In this document: positions 38,424 through 49,082 of the stretch, piece after piece | How the letters are laid out: every line of letters starts with the position of its first letter | Numbering within the stretch: the first letter of the stretch is position 1 | IMG/VR virus record: IMGVR_UViG_3300043496_000175 | Span: 32,001-96,000 of that record | Strand: one strand, 5' to 3' | Length of the DNA: 64,000 nt | Origin: a virus | Made by a program: the position numbers and the translations under genes | The notes under the pieces: generated by a model | Told to the model about the DNA's origin: nothing | Database searches by the model: none | What the model saw: only the letters and a program-made list of their open reading frames with translations

Positions 38424-39491
38424 CTACGCAGGTAGGGCGTAGATCCGCACGTAGTCCACCTGGTAGTCCAGGTTCTGGGTGTAGGCCTTGTTCGCCGGAT
38501 CCGGCAAACCCCAGTACGCCACAGATGGTCCGATGTGCATGTTCAGACGGACGTGCATCGGTGAACCGAAGTAGGCCGCGTTCCACAGACCGGTGCCACC
38601 GTCTGCCGACGGAGTCACCCGCATGATTTGAACACCGTCTACAAAGGTAGCGGCATAGTCCGGGGTGTACTCGAAGGCGTAGACGTGGAAGTCCTGCCAG
38701 ACGTTCGCAGGGCCACCGTGTTCCTTGTGCCGCCAGAACTTCTTGGTCCCGGAGCCATCGGTCTTGGTGTGGATGGTGGTGACTGCGGTGTCCTTCAGAT
38801 ACTTGGTGTGGTCGGTGGCCATGGTGCCGCCATACCCCCACGCCTCCATGATGTCGATCTCCCCGGATCGGTCATTCGGGCGCAGCCAGAACGCTGCCAA
38901 GGAACCCCTGGTGTTCGGGCCGGTCGGGGTCTTGCAACGGATCTCCCACCGGCCATAGGTCTGAGAGAACGTCTTGTCCCCGGTCTTGAGGGGCCGCAGA
39001 TCGATATACCCGGTGGTGTGGGTGAGTACCGTGACGCCGGTGGCGGATGCTGAGCGGGACCGGGGAGCGTCCGGCAGCCACTCACCTTTGATGTGCAGCA
39101 ACCCGTTGGAGACGGTGACGTTGGCGGCTTCCGGGATCCCGGCGTCGATCCCGAGACCGAAGTTCGCTTGCGTCCGAACGTTCCACTTGTCCAAGCCACC
39201 GGTGAACTCATCCCGCCAGACCGGGGTGCCCCAGTAGAACAAGTCTGCGGGATCCGTGGGAGGGGTAACCGGGTTCTCCAGTTCCGTGATCCGCGTCTTC
39301 AGCGTGGCGATTTCATCTTCGCGGCGAGCCACCTGTGTGGTCAGGTCAGCGATCTGGTTGCTCTTGACCTCCACAGCGGCGGCGAGTTGAGCGCGGGCGT
39401 TCTCCGCATCCATCAACTTGGTGGTCAACTCCGAGACCAGTGTGTCCACGTAAACGTTCAGTAGCCGGGCGATCTCATCGGAGTGAGCCAT
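38424..39491 (-). CDS. GH16 glycoside hydrolase with N-terminal coiled coil
   Basis: VWRDEF, YGRWEIR, AFWL, GEIDIME, FHVY, VDYVRIY. Confidence 0.9.
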   Translation of the reverse strand: MAHSDEIARLLNVYVDTLVSELTTKLMDAENARAQLAAAVEVKSNQIADLTTQVARREDEIATLKTRITELENPVTPPTDPADLFYWGTPVWRDEFTGGLDKWNVRTQANFGLGIDAGIPEAANVTVSNGLLHIKGEWLPDAPRSRSASATGVTVLTHTTGYIDLRPLKTGDKTFSQTYGRWEIRCKTPTGPNTRGSLAAFWLRPNDRSGEIDIMEAWGYGGTMATDHTKYLKDTAVTTIHTKTDGSGTKKFWRHKEHGGPANVWQDFHVYAFEYTPDYAATFVDGVQIMRVTPSADGGTGLWNAAYFGSPMHVRLNMHIGPSVAYWGLPDPANKAYTQNLDYQVDYVRIYALPA

Positions 39492-39492
39492 A

Positions 39493-39759
39493 TCAGAGCC
39501 AATCTGTGGCGGTAGCCCGGAACAGGGTGGCCTGATGCCATGCCCCGTCATCGAGCAGAATCATGTGGTGCGCAGCATCGGTTTTGATGTACTGCTCATA
39601 CACCCGGGCTTGCAACCCGGAGGGGATCTCTGAAGAAGCGAACTGCTCATACACTCGTGCCAGGACCGAGGTGTAAGTGGTGGCGTACTGCTCATACACC
39701 CGTGCCAGGTTCGCGGTGTAGGTAGAAGCGTGCTGCTCGTAAACCTTGGCGGTAGCCAT
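39493..39759 (-). CDS. small protein with 4x A(R/K)VYEQ repeats
   Basis: Four internal repeats. Confidence 0.65.
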   Translation of the reverse strand: MATAKVYEQHASTYTANLARVYEQYATTYTSVLARVYEQFASSEIPSGLQARVYEQYIKTDAAHHMILLDDGAWHQATLFRATATDWL

Positions 39760-39760
39760 A

Positions 39761-40840
39761 TCAGACCACGAAGCTGGTGCGTACTCGCAGGTTTTCCCGA
39801 TCGGTGATCAACGCTTCTTCGCCGCCGGAGCAGGTGTATTCGTAGGTGGTGGGAGTGGTGGGGATGTCGTTCTGTGTGCGAGTAGCAATCACCGACGCAC
39901 CCTGCATCAAGGCGATGGTGCAGTCCACGCCAGGATTGGCGTCCGCAGCAACACGGGACCCGAACTTCACCGGACCGGTGGTCAGGGCGGTCAGCCGGTT
40001 CTCCACATAGGAAGCTGTTCCGGACAGCACCCCGGTTTCCGAGTATGAGGTGTCCGACCCGTCAGCGGCTGCCGAGTAGTGCTGAGCTTTGCCAACGGAG
40101 GTCATGTTGACTGACGCGATGGTTTCCAGCGGCCGGGCCAGGGAGGAAGCTACCGGCCCGATCCAATCCGTGCCGTAAGCGATCCCGTCATACACAGCGT
40201 CCAGGGTGGCGGTGCCGGTAGATGGCTGGGCACCCCAGGTGATGTTGTCGAAGAAGGTCAGTCCAGTGGCGACACCGGAACCGCTGATCGGATCCGACAG
40301 CATGATCCACGGGTTGTTCGCGGAAGCAGTGGACGCCAGGTAGCAGCGCAGCTCCCAGTCCCCGGCGGCGGTGAAGTGGCAGTCCAGCCGGTACCAGACA
40401 CCGGTGGTGACCGGGGTGACCATGGACGCCAGGGTCGCGGTGGTGACGGACCGCTTGTAAACCGACAGCACTCCGGTGGTGGAGAGCCGGACGGAGAAGC
40501 CGGAGGCTGAAAGTGCGAAGTCGTTGGCGTTGATCAGGAAAAGGGTGGCTGATCCAAAGGCGTCGATCTTGAAGTAGGACTTCAGGTATAGATCGGTGAC
40601 CCCGGCGGCGGCGGTGCGGAAACCGAACGTGGTACCCGTTGAGGCCACCAGCCGGGCGAGCCCAGCCAGGGATCCGTCGTGGGCATCGCTGGTGAACAAC
40701 GCTGCACCGCCGGTGGCGGCGAAGACGTTCGCGAGCCAGTCACCGGCTGAACCTCCGGTGTTGCCCGTGGCACCGGCGGTCAGCGCGGTCCCGGAAGGGT
40801 TACCCGACTCGAAGGTGTTGAGCTTCGTGATGTTGGTCAT
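39761..40840 (-). CDS. beta-rich virion/accessory protein (lectin-like)
   Basis: Thr/Ala/Gly-rich; AHDGSL, WYRLD, WIGP; TGATG coupling. Confidence 0.6.
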   Translation of the reverse strand: MTNITKLNTFESGNPSGTALTAGATGNTGGSAGDWLANVFAATGGAALFTSDAHDGSLAGLARLVASTGTTFGFRTAAAGVTDLYLKSYFKIDAFGSATLFLINANDFALSASGFSVRLSTTGVLSVYKRSVTTATLASMVTPVTTGVWYRLDCHFTAAGDWELRCYLASTASANNPWIMLSDPISGSGVATGLTFFDNITWGAQPSTGTATLDAVYDGIAYGTDWIGPVASSLARPLETIASVNMTSVGKAQHYSAAADGSDTSYSETGVLSGTASYVENRLTALTTGPVKFGSRVAADANPGVDCTIALMQGASVIATRTQNDIPTTPTTYEYTCSGGEEALITDRENLRVRTSFVV

Positions 40841-41970
40841 CAGTACCCCAAGTCATAGACGCGGACGTAGTCGATTTCAAATGTGCAGGGGAACTGCACC
40901 AAGTACAGGTTGGTCATATCGCAAGCTGATGGGACGCCTCCGGTTGGGGCTACCTGATTCTGTGAGCACTTGTGCTGCATCGGCAGGTACCCGAGCTGCT
41001 GATCCGGCTGCCCAACCCACTGCCCACCGACCGCATTATTCAGGCAGATGTCCCACGCCAGATTATCTGTGCGGCGCTTCAGCCCGGTGGTCCGGTCGAT
41101 CATGTTCAGGTCACGAATCGACATGACATCCGTCAATCGGTAGGAAGCGTACTGCACACCGTCAAGGTGCGCGGTGAACAGGATCGGGCATTGCAACGGA
41201 TCCAGATGCGCTGCATTGCCTGGAGTTGGATCCGGTTTGATCTCCACATCGTAAACATGCCAGTTGGTGCTGGCTCGTTGGGGAAGAGGGTTCTCCACGA
41301 TCTTCGACTGCTGGGTGGCGTTCACACCGATGGTGTTCGGGAAGTGCATGGAGTACTTGGTGTAGCCATGCCGCCAGGATCCGAAGTGCTCGAAGATGTC
41401 GATTTCACCCCACGACGCACCGAAATTGGTGCCGTCAGAAAACGCAGCACGGCGTAGCCAGAACGCTGGGAGTGTGCCCTGCCCAAACGGGAACTTTGCC
41501 CGAATCTCGAACTTGCTGAACAGAGGGAAGTACCGGGCTGGTGAAGCTCCACGGGTATCCATCATCCCGGAAGTCCAGTAGCGGATGCCGTTGGGGAGTT
41601 GCGTCATCGGTGTTGCCCGCATGACGCCGTACACGTACGGATCAGCGGTGGTGCCTTGCCCGGAGCGAGTCGTCAATGGTTCCACTGGTGCAGACGACAA
41701 CCCGGTCTGCGTTTCGGCTTTGCTGATGATTTGGCACGACTGGCCGGTGCCGCCTGGGGTCGCGGTTGCGGTGATGATGTTTGCGGGCCGGTACATCTGC
41801 GACTCACGGTTACCGGCGGCGAACGGGCTGTTCTGCTTGCCCCAGTTCGTGGACAAGATACCGGCTGAAAAGTCGTCCTCCCAGTAGAGTCCCGGATCCG
41901 GAGGCGTGACCTGTGGATCAGAACCGCGTGATTTCCATGCGTTAGCTGTCGCTATCCAGGTACGGCTCAT
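40840..41970 (-). CDS. GH16 glycoside hydrolase
   Basis: WEDDF, PAFWL, GEIDIFE, WHVY, IDYVRVY. Confidence 0.9.
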   Translation of the reverse strand: MSRTWIATANAWKSRGSDPQVTPPDPGLYWEDDFSAGILSTNWGKQNSPFAAGNRESQMYRPANIITATATPGGTGQSCQIISKAETQTGLSSAPVEPLTTRSGQGTTADPYVYGVMRATPMTQLPNGIRYWTSGMMDTRGASPARYFPLFSKFEIRAKFPFGQGTLPAFWLRRAAFSDGTNFGASWGEIDIFEHFGSWRHGYTKYSMHFPNTIGVNATQQSKIVENPLPQRASTNWHVYDVEIKPDPTPGNAAHLDPLQCPILFTAHLDGVQYASYRLTDVMSIRDLNMIDRTTGLKRRTDNLAWDICLNNAVGGQWVGQPDQQLGYLPMQHKCSQNQVAPTGGVPSACDMTNLYLVQFPCTFEIDYVRVYDLGY

Positions 41971-42353
41971 TCCGGCCTCAACCACTCATCCCCCACGACC
42001 CACAGATCAGCGGTCGCCTTGGGGTCGGTGAATCCTCGGAACCTCACCACGATGTCAGTGCGGGTGGTGCCTCTGGTGTAGACACTGGAGATCTCGTTCA
42101 CGGTGTGGGAGTACCCGGCAGGAGCATTCACCAGTGTCATCGGGGTAGTCGCCAGCGCGTTCAGTTGCTGGGTGAGACCGTTGACCTCTCCAATTTCTGT
42201 GGTGTGCGCAGATGATGGGTAGGTTGCCGGTTTTCCGATGATGTCGTCCCACAGCACGGGACCATTGGGGGTCGTGGGATTGCCGGTACCACCGGTGGTT
42301 TCGATCATCTCCCCGTTCGGACCGAGGACGTAGATCGTGTATGTGTCAGCCAT
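41967..42353 (-). CDS. tail-fibre-like small protein
   Basis: WDDIIGKPATYPSSAHT fibre motif; GAGG RBS. Confidence 0.65.
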   Translation of the reverse strand: MADTYTIYVLGPNGEMIETTGGTGNPTTPNGPVLWDDIIGKPATYPSSAHTTEIGEVNGLTQQLNALATTPMTLVNAPAGYSHTVNEISSVYTRGTTRTDIVVRFRGFTDPKATADLWVVGDEWLRPE

Positions 42354-42365
42354 CGACTACGCCTC

Positions 42366-45300
42366 TCAGGTATTCGCGAACAGGGTCTTGTACTTCAGGG
42401 ACGAGTTCGGTGAACGAGTACCTGACTCCGGGAACAGGTCGAACTGGTGGTTCGACCACACGTCATTGAACAGCGCTTCGTACTCGATCTTCCCTGCTGC
42501 CCTGCCGGGTGTATTCCCATCGGAGTGAAGTTTGTACCAGTTGTACATGTGCTCGATATAGAGCGGCTGGTCACCCGAAGGCTGCCCCGTCTGGGTGGTG
42601 CCGGTGGCTCCGTTGTTCATGCCCCACTCCGGCATCGCGAACGGGACACCATGTGCGAGAGCAAACTTCCGGTGAGCTTCGATTCCAACGGGACCGCCCC
42701 ACTGGTCAAGGGTTTCGTTGATCTGCTGCCCACATCGGATCCAATGGTTCGAGTACCAGTCAGTGGCGTAGACATCCACGTAGGAATCGCCCGGCCACAG
42801 GCTGGTCCAGTTGTACTGCTGTCCTGATGTGTCTCCGTTGGTGCCGAACGTGTACTTCGCTGCGGGGAAGATCGATCGGCCGATGTTCACGAACCGCCGC
42901 CACGCCGCGATAAAGTTCGCCTGCTGACCGTTCGGGACCGACCAGTCGTACCAGTTGCCGTTCATCTCGTGCGCGTACCGGATGTAAACGGTGCCGCGAG
43001 AAATGGCTGTCCACTTGGCTTTCAGGTTGTTGAACATGGTGGTGTACAAACCATCGTTACCACCAGCGGCGGCGCTCGCCCACGTCGAGTGACCCGTCCA
43101 GATCGCACCCACCGACAGGTCGCAGTGACCGGTCCAGTTGACGTACTCCTTACCGGGATCGAACTGCCACAACCCGGTATGCGCTGCAGGGCCCTGAGCA
43201 GCGCCGCCGAGAGTTGACCAGGTGGTTCCCAGTTCGACGGGCTCGTTCCGCCAGTTACCGAACTGTCCGTTCGTGGTGTACGGGCCGGATGATCCAGAGA
43301 TCCATGAACCGGTGCCGCCGGGGACGGAAACCGCCTGAGTTGTTTGGCTGGCGACAGCGGTGATGGTCTCTCCCGTGGAGAGGGTCCCGGTCAAGGTGTA
43401 CGTGTACTGGGTGTTCGGGGCCCGTCCGCTATCAGTGTAGGTGCGGGTCGCGGCGGCAGGGTTGTTGATGATGCTGCCACCAGTGGTGCCACCTGATCGA
43501 GAAAGTGACTGGGACGTCAGAGTCGCTGTACCGCTGAAGGTCCAGGCGAGATCCAGTTCTGTGGTGGGGGTCGTTGCATCTCGGGTGACAGTGAAGCTGG
43601 TGTACCGGCCGGTGAGGACCCCCCGGACGGTGGGCCCGACGTCCAGCGGGCCATCGTAGGGAGTGGATCTGGCGGCGAGGCCGATGTCGTCCCAGAACCC
43701 GATACCTCGAAGGTTGGGGTTCGCGGTCAAGGCTGCCGTCCACGCGGTATCAACCAGGGCGGTCGTTGGCGTGAGGTTGGATCCGGCAGACCCCAGTGCG
43801 TAGACCGGGACGATCTTCGAGGCCGGGATGCCAGCTGTCACCATCGCGGATACGGTGCTGGTGGTCAATGCGGTGAGCCGGGAGTCGGTGGCCTCAACCT
43901 GATTCCACAAACCAGGGGACATGAAGTCCAGGTTGTTCGCCAGGGACACACCAACGGAGATCCACTGGCTTGTCTTGTTGTTGATGCCGATGACGAACCC
44001 GGTACCAAGGTCGGTCTTCAAGCGGGAAGCTACCCGCATGATCGCAGCTTCTGTCCAGCGGGTGGACTGAATGTCGAACACGATGCCATTGATACCGATC
44101 GTGGACGCCAGTGACTTGATCGATGCCACCATCTGGTCGGCTTCAGTGTCGTTCGTGACGGTGATGCCACCGTCCGCGCCACCACCACCACCGATGGCGA
44201 GGAACACGTCCCGGCCAGCAGTTTTGTGCGCGTTCACCGCCGCCAGTATTTGCGCGGTGGTCTGCCCATTGGCTTCGGTGTACTTCAGGGTGCCGGTGCC
44301 AGACGTCGCAGCTTGCGCGTAGTTCAGCCGGATGGTGTTGACCTCAGCGAGAACTGGGGCTGGGTAGCTTGAAAGTAGGGGAGCGGTGCTGGTGTAGGAC
44401 GTGTGGTCCATCATGATCGGCTTGGCGTGTAGCCCGGACGGCTGGACGGGCGGAACTTCCGGATCCGGATCGGTTGGAGGGGTGGTCTCCTGGGAGAGAA
44501 CTACAGCCGCACCGATGGTGGCGTTGTCCAGCAGCCATTGCCCAGCCGTGCCCGTGCCCTTACCTTCACCGGACAGAACATAGTGATCAACGGGAATCGT
44601 TGTACCGGTAGTGGATCCGGTCGCAACCCGGTCATTGCGAGCGGTGACTAGTCCGGTCAGCAGGGACACCGTGACTTCGATCCCGGCCGGGCCGGTGGGG
44701 GTGACCGTTTGATCCACGGACCGCACATACCGCACGATCTGCCCGGTACCCCGGATAATGTCTGTGCCAGCTAGTGCCTTCTTCGCAGACCCGATGGTGA
44801 TCGTGTTCGCTGGGGCCGGGGCGGCGGTGATCAACTTCCACCACTCGTCATAGACACCGAAAGGTTGCCCGATAGTCAAAGGGTTTGGGCCATTTTTGTA
44901 GACATGGGTTGTCTTGCTGGTGTCGTAGGGAGAAGGTTCGTAGGAATCTCCGTCCCAAGTCCTGATTTGTACGCCACCGGCGGTGGTCAATGCAGCGTTC
45001 AGTCCGTTGATGTCACTGATCGTCAGCGATGCGTCGGGGACCGCAATACCGTCAGTGAAGGTCTTGATCCCGGCGACGGTTTCCGCGCCGGTTTTGTGCA
45101 CCAGATTGGCGTCTGCTCCTGTCCCGGCGACAGCGGCATTGAGCTGAGCCCTGGTAACTGGATTGTCATCGGCAGTAGCAGCCGGGATGACGGGTGGGTC
45201 GAGGTAGGTTTTGACTCCGTCGATCGTCTGGTCACTGACCGTATTGACGGTGGTGGAGGTATTGGCCTTAGCCGCCAGGGAGGTGGCCAGCGCAGCCGCA

Positions 45301-46097
45301 TCAGCGGCGGTTCCAGCGGTGGTGCCGATGACCAAGTTGGATGTTCCGCTGCCGGTGCCTGCACCGATGCGGGCACGCATCGCAGCCTGGGTGGTGTCTG
45401 CATTGAGCTGCCGGGCCAGCGGCGACATGTCGGTGATCTTGGAGAGGATGGTCGAGGGGTTGACCCCGCCACCTCCGCCGCCGCCGAGGATCTTGTTCCC
45501 GAAGGCGTCGTTGACATCGCCGTCGTTGTCCAGCGGGGCAACGCCACCGGCCTGACCCTTGTTGATGCTGGCAACCGCAGCCTGTGCAGCCGCTGCGCTG
45601 GCGGCAGCATTGGCGGCGGCGATCTCAGCGGCTGTCGGAGCGGTGCTGCTGGTAGTCCGTTGCGGGGTGATGATCGCCATGTCCACGACAGCGCCAGCAG
45701 GAGCCGGGGTCCGGAACGCGCGGAAGTTCGTGGCTCCCGGTCCGGTGAAGGTGACCAGGTACTTCCAGCCGGTGGGGGTGATGTCCGGATCATCTGAAGC
45801 GATGATCTGGCAATTCCGGTTGTTGCCCTTGCCGTCCAAGTCGAAGCCATCGACCGGATCGGACATGTACCCCTCGGAGTCCGTAACGAACTGCCGGGGC
45901 TTGGTGGCGATGACCACCGGTGAAGGTGTGGCCGTCATGTTGGTGACGAACGGGTAGGCCGGGGAGAAGGTGACCTGCATGCCTACGTACGGGGTGAACT
46001 GTGGCTCGGATTCACCAGCTACCGTGGCTGATGCGCCGTATCGACCGCGAACCGTGCACAACGCCATATTGCTGGGAAGCGGTGAACTCACCGTCAA
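42366..46097 (-). CDS. large tail-fibre-type protein with GH18-like, FN3 and GH26 domains
   Basis: N-terminal fibre repeats (VHKTGAETVAGIKTF); FLAIGG..INGIVFDIQ; PNTQYTY; IRYAHEMNG.WY.W and PEWG. Confidence 0.8.
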   Translation of the reverse strand: MTVSSPLPSNMALCTVRGRYGASATVAGESEPQFTPYVGMQVTFSPAYPFVTNMTATPSPVVIATKPRQFVTDSEGYMSDPVDGFDLDGKGNNRNCQIIASDDPDITPTGWKYLVTFTGPGATNFRAFRTPAPAGAVVDMAIITPQRTTSSTAPTAAEIAAANAAASAAAAQAAVASINKGQAGGVAPLDNDGDVNDAFGNKILGGGGGGGVNPSTILSKITDMSPLARQLNADTTQAAMRARIGAGTGSGTSNLVIGTTAGTAADAAALATSLAAKANTSTTVNTVSDQTIDGVKTYLDPPVIPAATADDNPVTRAQLNAAVAGTGADANLVHKTGAETVAGIKTFTDGIAVPDASLTISDINGLNAALTTAGGVQIRTWDGDSYEPSPYDTSKTTHVYKNGPNPLTIGQPFGVYDEWWKLITAAPAPANTITIGSAKKALAGTDIIRGTGQIVRYVRSVDQTVTPTGPAGIEVTVSLLTGLVTARNDRVATGSTTGTTIPVDHYVLSGEGKGTGTAGQWLLDNATIGAAVVLSQETTPPTDPDPEVPPVQPSGLHAKPIMMDHTSYTSTAPLLSSYPAPVLAEVNTIRLNYAQAATSGTGTLKYTEANGQTTAQILAAVNAHKTAGRDVFLAIGGGGGADGGITVTNDTEADQMVASIKSLASTIGINGIVFDIQSTRWTEAAIMRVASRLKTDLGTGFVIGINNKTSQWISVGVSLANNLDFMSPGLWNQVEATDSRLTALTTSTVSAMVTAGIPASKIVPVYALGSAGSNLTPTTALVDTAWTAALTANPNLRGIGFWDDIGLAARSTPYDGPLDVGPTVRGVLTGRYTSFTVTRDATTPTTELDLAWTFSGTATLTSQSLSRSGGTTGGSIINNPAAATRTYTDSGRAPNTQYTYTLTGTLSTGETITAVASQTTQAVSVPGGTGSWISGSSGPYTTNGQFGNWRNEPVELGTTWSTLGGAAQGPAAHTGLWQFDPGKEYVNWTGHCDLSVGAIWTGHSTWASAAAGGNDGLYTTMFNNLKAKWTAISRGTVYIRYAHEMNGNWYDWSVPNGQQANFIAAWRRFVNIGRSIFPAAKYTFGTNGDTSGQQYNWTSLWPGDSYVDVYATDWYSNHWIRCGQQINETLDQWGGPVGIEAHRKFALAHGVPFAMPEWGMNNGATGTTQTGQPSGDQPLYIEHMYNWYKLHSDGNTPGRAAGKIEYEALFNDVWSNHQFDLFPESGTRSPNSSLKYKTLFANT

Positions 46098-46168
46098 CCA
46101 CCTACCGTCAGCTAGTATCGTGCCCCGTCAAAAGGTCACCATACTGGCGCTGCACATGTTGACGGAAG

Positions 46169-47938
46169 CTACAGTCTCGCGGTGGTCTTCACGACGTAGT
46201 AATCCGACGCCTGCCCCACAGCGTTCTTCGCTCCTGGACGCTTCTCAATACCGGACGTCGGATCGGAAGTCAGTTCCTGCAGTGATGTCTTGAGCAATGT
46301 CCCCACGCTGTTCCTGGTGTGCCGAGGTAGCCTGCGCCGCACCAGGTCTCGAAGTTTGGAGATCGGCATTCCGGTGCTCTTCAGCTCAGGGTGTTCACCA
46401 GCCAGGCCTACCAGGATCTTGGAGATCATCGCCGCCGGAGACAGATCCTGTTGCGCGGGGTTGTAGCTGATCACAGCGTCGGCCATGATGTCTTCCGCCC
46501 GTTCGTTGGCCCGTCTGGTGAGGGCATTCGCTGAGAGGCACCAACGCCACGGCAGGATCCTTGTCGCTGCGTCTTCGATGAACTCTGCGGTCACTTCCTT
46601 CTTGCCAGCAGCCAGCGCCACAATCAGCGCCTCGCGGAGCACGTGCTGGGTGACGCGGGTGGCCAGCGGATTCCACAGCAGCCGGTTGTCATCGTCATCG
46701 GCGGCCTGAATGTGGTCCTGGATCTCGCTCATCATCCGCTGCAGGCGGCGGTAGGCCAGCCGCCCGGCGGCGTCGAGCCGGATGATCTCCCGCTCAGCCT
46801 GTTCCGGCTCGGGGACCTGCAGGTCGGTGCCGTACTTGGTGCTCGCCATCTCCCAGGCCCGGCGGATCGCCTTGGCCACGCGGTAGGGGTTGCTGTCCAG
46901 GACCAGCTCCCGCAGGTTCTGCACGTAGTCCATGGCCGAGATGCCCAGGTCGGTTGGTTGACCGTCGGCGGTGAGGTACCCGTTCATGTCGAAATGATCA
47001 TGATCAAAGTCGTTGTCGTCGGCGTAGGACCGGGCCACCGCAATGAAGTCCCCGGTCTTGTCCGTCTCCACCACCCAGAACCGGCCGAACATGCCACGAG
47101 CTACAAACGAGTCCGCCCCGGACCCCATGCCATGCGCGTTGCCGCTGGTGACCTCGGAGAACACCTCGGTCTGGAAGAGCACGCACATGGAGATCGATGC
47201 GTGCTCGATGGTCAGGTCGGTGTTAGAGACGCGGGTGGTGTCGATGTCCCCCTGATCCCAGCCGTTGAGGAACAGCGACAGGGATCCGGCGTCCTTCGAG
47301 TAGGCCCCAACGTTCCGGAAGATGTCCGGCTCACCGGCCAAACAGCCACCGTGCCCTCCGTTGTTCACCACCTGATTCCGCAAGGCTTCCTGCGTGGGAT
47401 CCTGGGTGAGGGTCTTCGGGCAGAGCCCGGCGTCGTAGACCTCTTTGAACTGCTTGTCGTCCGGGACCAGTGTGGGGTCCGGGTTGTTGTCCGTGAACTG
47501 TTGCAGCGCAGCGTTTTTCAGTGTGGGTAGCAGTGCCCTGCGTTGTGCGATCCCCGCGCTGAGAGCTTCCCTGAGCGGTTCGGTCCCTACGGCCAGCGCG
47601 GTGGACTTTCCCCAGCCGGACGGAGCTACCCCCAGCGCCATCAAGATGGCCGGGATCTTGAGCCAGCCGCCGTCAGCGATCGGAGCCTGCAGCACGTAGG
47701 CACCCTGCGCAGCGATGCAGGTGGAGACCCCCAGGATGTTGTAGATGATCGCCAGGTCAGAGGTGGGATGCACCTTGACATACTCGCGGGCGTATCGCTC
47801 CAGTCCGATCTTGCTCCCCGGTCCTTCAGGGAGTGGGCGTGCGGTGATCAGTGACTCTCCGCCGTCGATCAGATCCTTGATCGTGTTGGTAGCTGCGCGC
47901 CAGGCTGGCGGAAGATCAAAAACGTCATCCGAGGTCAT
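46169..47938 (-). CDS. DUF3987-like primase-associated helicase
   Basis: APSGWGKS, DPTQEAL, GWDQG..RV, GMFGRF. Confidence 0.75.
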   Translation of the reverse strand: MTSDDVFDLPPAWRAATNTIKDLIDGGESLITARPLPEGPGSKIGLERYAREYVKVHPTSDLAIIYNILGVSTCIAAQGAYVLQAPIADGGWLKIPAILMALGVAPSGWGKSTALAVGTEPLREALSAGIAQRRALLPTLKNAALQQFTDNNPDPTLVPDDKQFKEVYDAGLCPKTLTQDPTQEALRNQVVNNGGHGGCLAGEPDIFRNVGAYSKDAGSLSLFLNGWDQGDIDTTRVSNTDLTIEHASISMCVLFQTEVFSEVTSGNAHGMGSGADSFVARGMFGRFWVVETDKTGDFIAVARSYADDNDFDHDHFDMNGYLTADGQPTDLGISAMDYVQNLRELVLDSNPYRVAKAIRRAWEMASTKYGTDLQVPEPEQAEREIIRLDAAGRLAYRRLQRMMSEIQDHIQAADDDDNRLLWNPLATRVTQHVLREALIVALAAGKKEVTAEFIEDAATRILPWRWCLSANALTRRANERAEDIMADAVISYNPAQQDLSPAAMISKILVGLAGEHPELKSTGMPISKLRDLVRRRLPRHTRNSVGTLLKTSLQELTSDPTSGIEKRPGAKNAVGQASDYYVVKTTARL

Positions 47939-49004
47939 GGTGATCTCGCAGCCCTGACGTCAGGCCGCTGGTGATCGTGGCCTCTGCTCCCGGTGTTCCG
48001 TTGCGCATCGCTGCGTTCAGCAATCGGGATCGGACCTTCTCCTCCGGCCAACCGGCCGCGATGGCGTCAGCGCCGGAGTGATAGGCCGTGGTGTTCAGTG
48101 CATTGTTGCGCCCGGATTCCGGACCCATCTTGTCCAGCATCGATGCCCACCTCTCGAACTCCCGCCAAGCGAGAGCCATATCTGCTTCGCTGCCATCGAG
48201 CTTCAGGGCGGGCCGCGCCGCCTTGTTGTCCGTTCCCGCCTGCCTGATCCGCTCCCGGAGGTCATCGTCCATGACACGGTTCCATGGCGCGAGAGATCCA
48301 TCCTGCACCATACGATCACGCGGCATGCCCCGCCCGGCGAACTGCACCTGAGCGCGGAACTCGGTGAACGGTACCCACCGGCGGTCCCGCGAACCCTCTC
48401 CTGGCCACACGGTGTAGCGGTTCGGGCCGGTCCGGATGTCGATCAATAGGCCACGCCGGGAGACCTTCCTGTCGTCCACGCCGTCCCAGTCGCTGAGCCA
48501 CTCTCGGGTAGCGATGGTGGCTGCCTTCTGCGTCCACTCCGGGCAGTGCAGGTACAGGTGCCAACCGCGCGGGGTCCGGGCGATCCCGATGATCTTGTCC
48601 AGCGGAACGTGCCGGGCGAAGCGGTAGAAGGACAGCAGCGCCCGCTGAGAGTCGATGTCGATCATGATCACGTCGTTCAGACACATCGCCAACCGGCGGC
48701 GTCCTCCCGGGGCTCCGTGCTTGTCCAGCAACTCCTGGTACGGCAGCGCATCAGCCGCGCCGTGCCGGAAGCCGGTCAGCTCGCCGTCCTTCCAGATGGT
48801 GAACGGGTGTTTACCTGCGCCGTTGGAACAATCCATGGTCCCGCCGATGGCGACGTCGTGATCGGTGGTCCGATGAAACCCGCCACGAGAGCACAAGCAC
48901 TCTCCGAGCGCCCCGAGTGCCCAGAGGTAGAACCATGTGGTGTTGCCCAGGCGCGCGTCTGTCGGCTCGATTGACAGACTGAGGGGTTGCGTGGACGATA
49001 ACAA
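47925..49004 (-). CDS. bifunctional primase/polymerase
   Basis: GKHP, IDID, RTPRGWHLY, DIR, GRNNALN. Confidence 0.85.
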   Translation of the reverse strand: MLSSTQPLSLSIEPTDARLGNTTWFYLWALGALGECLCSRGGFHRTTDHDVAIGGTMDCSNGAGKHPFTIWKDGELTGFRHGAADALPYQELLDKHGAPGGRRRLAMCLNDVIMIDIDSQRALLSFYRFARHVPLDKIIGIARTPRGWHLYLHCPEWTQKAATIATREWLSDWDGVDDRKVSRRGLLIDIRTGPNRYTVWPGEGSRDRRWVPFTEFRAQVQFAGRGMPRDRMVQDGSLAPWNRVMDDDLRERIRQAGTDNKAARPALKLDGSEADMALAWREFERWASMLDKMGPESGRNNALNTTAYHSGADAIAAGWPEEKVRSRLLNAAMRNGTPGAEATITSGLTSGLRDHHDLG

Positions 49005-49042
49005 CTGAGGACCGAACCTTTCCTGGCGGCAGCGGGATTGGT

Positions 49043-49074
49043 AGACCCCGATCGTGTGGCAGCGATCGGGGTCT
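49043..49074. terminator. intergenic stem-loop
   Basis: agaccccgatcg / cgatcggggtct 12-bp inverted repeat. Confidence 0.6.
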
Positions 49075-49082
49075 TTCTCGTT

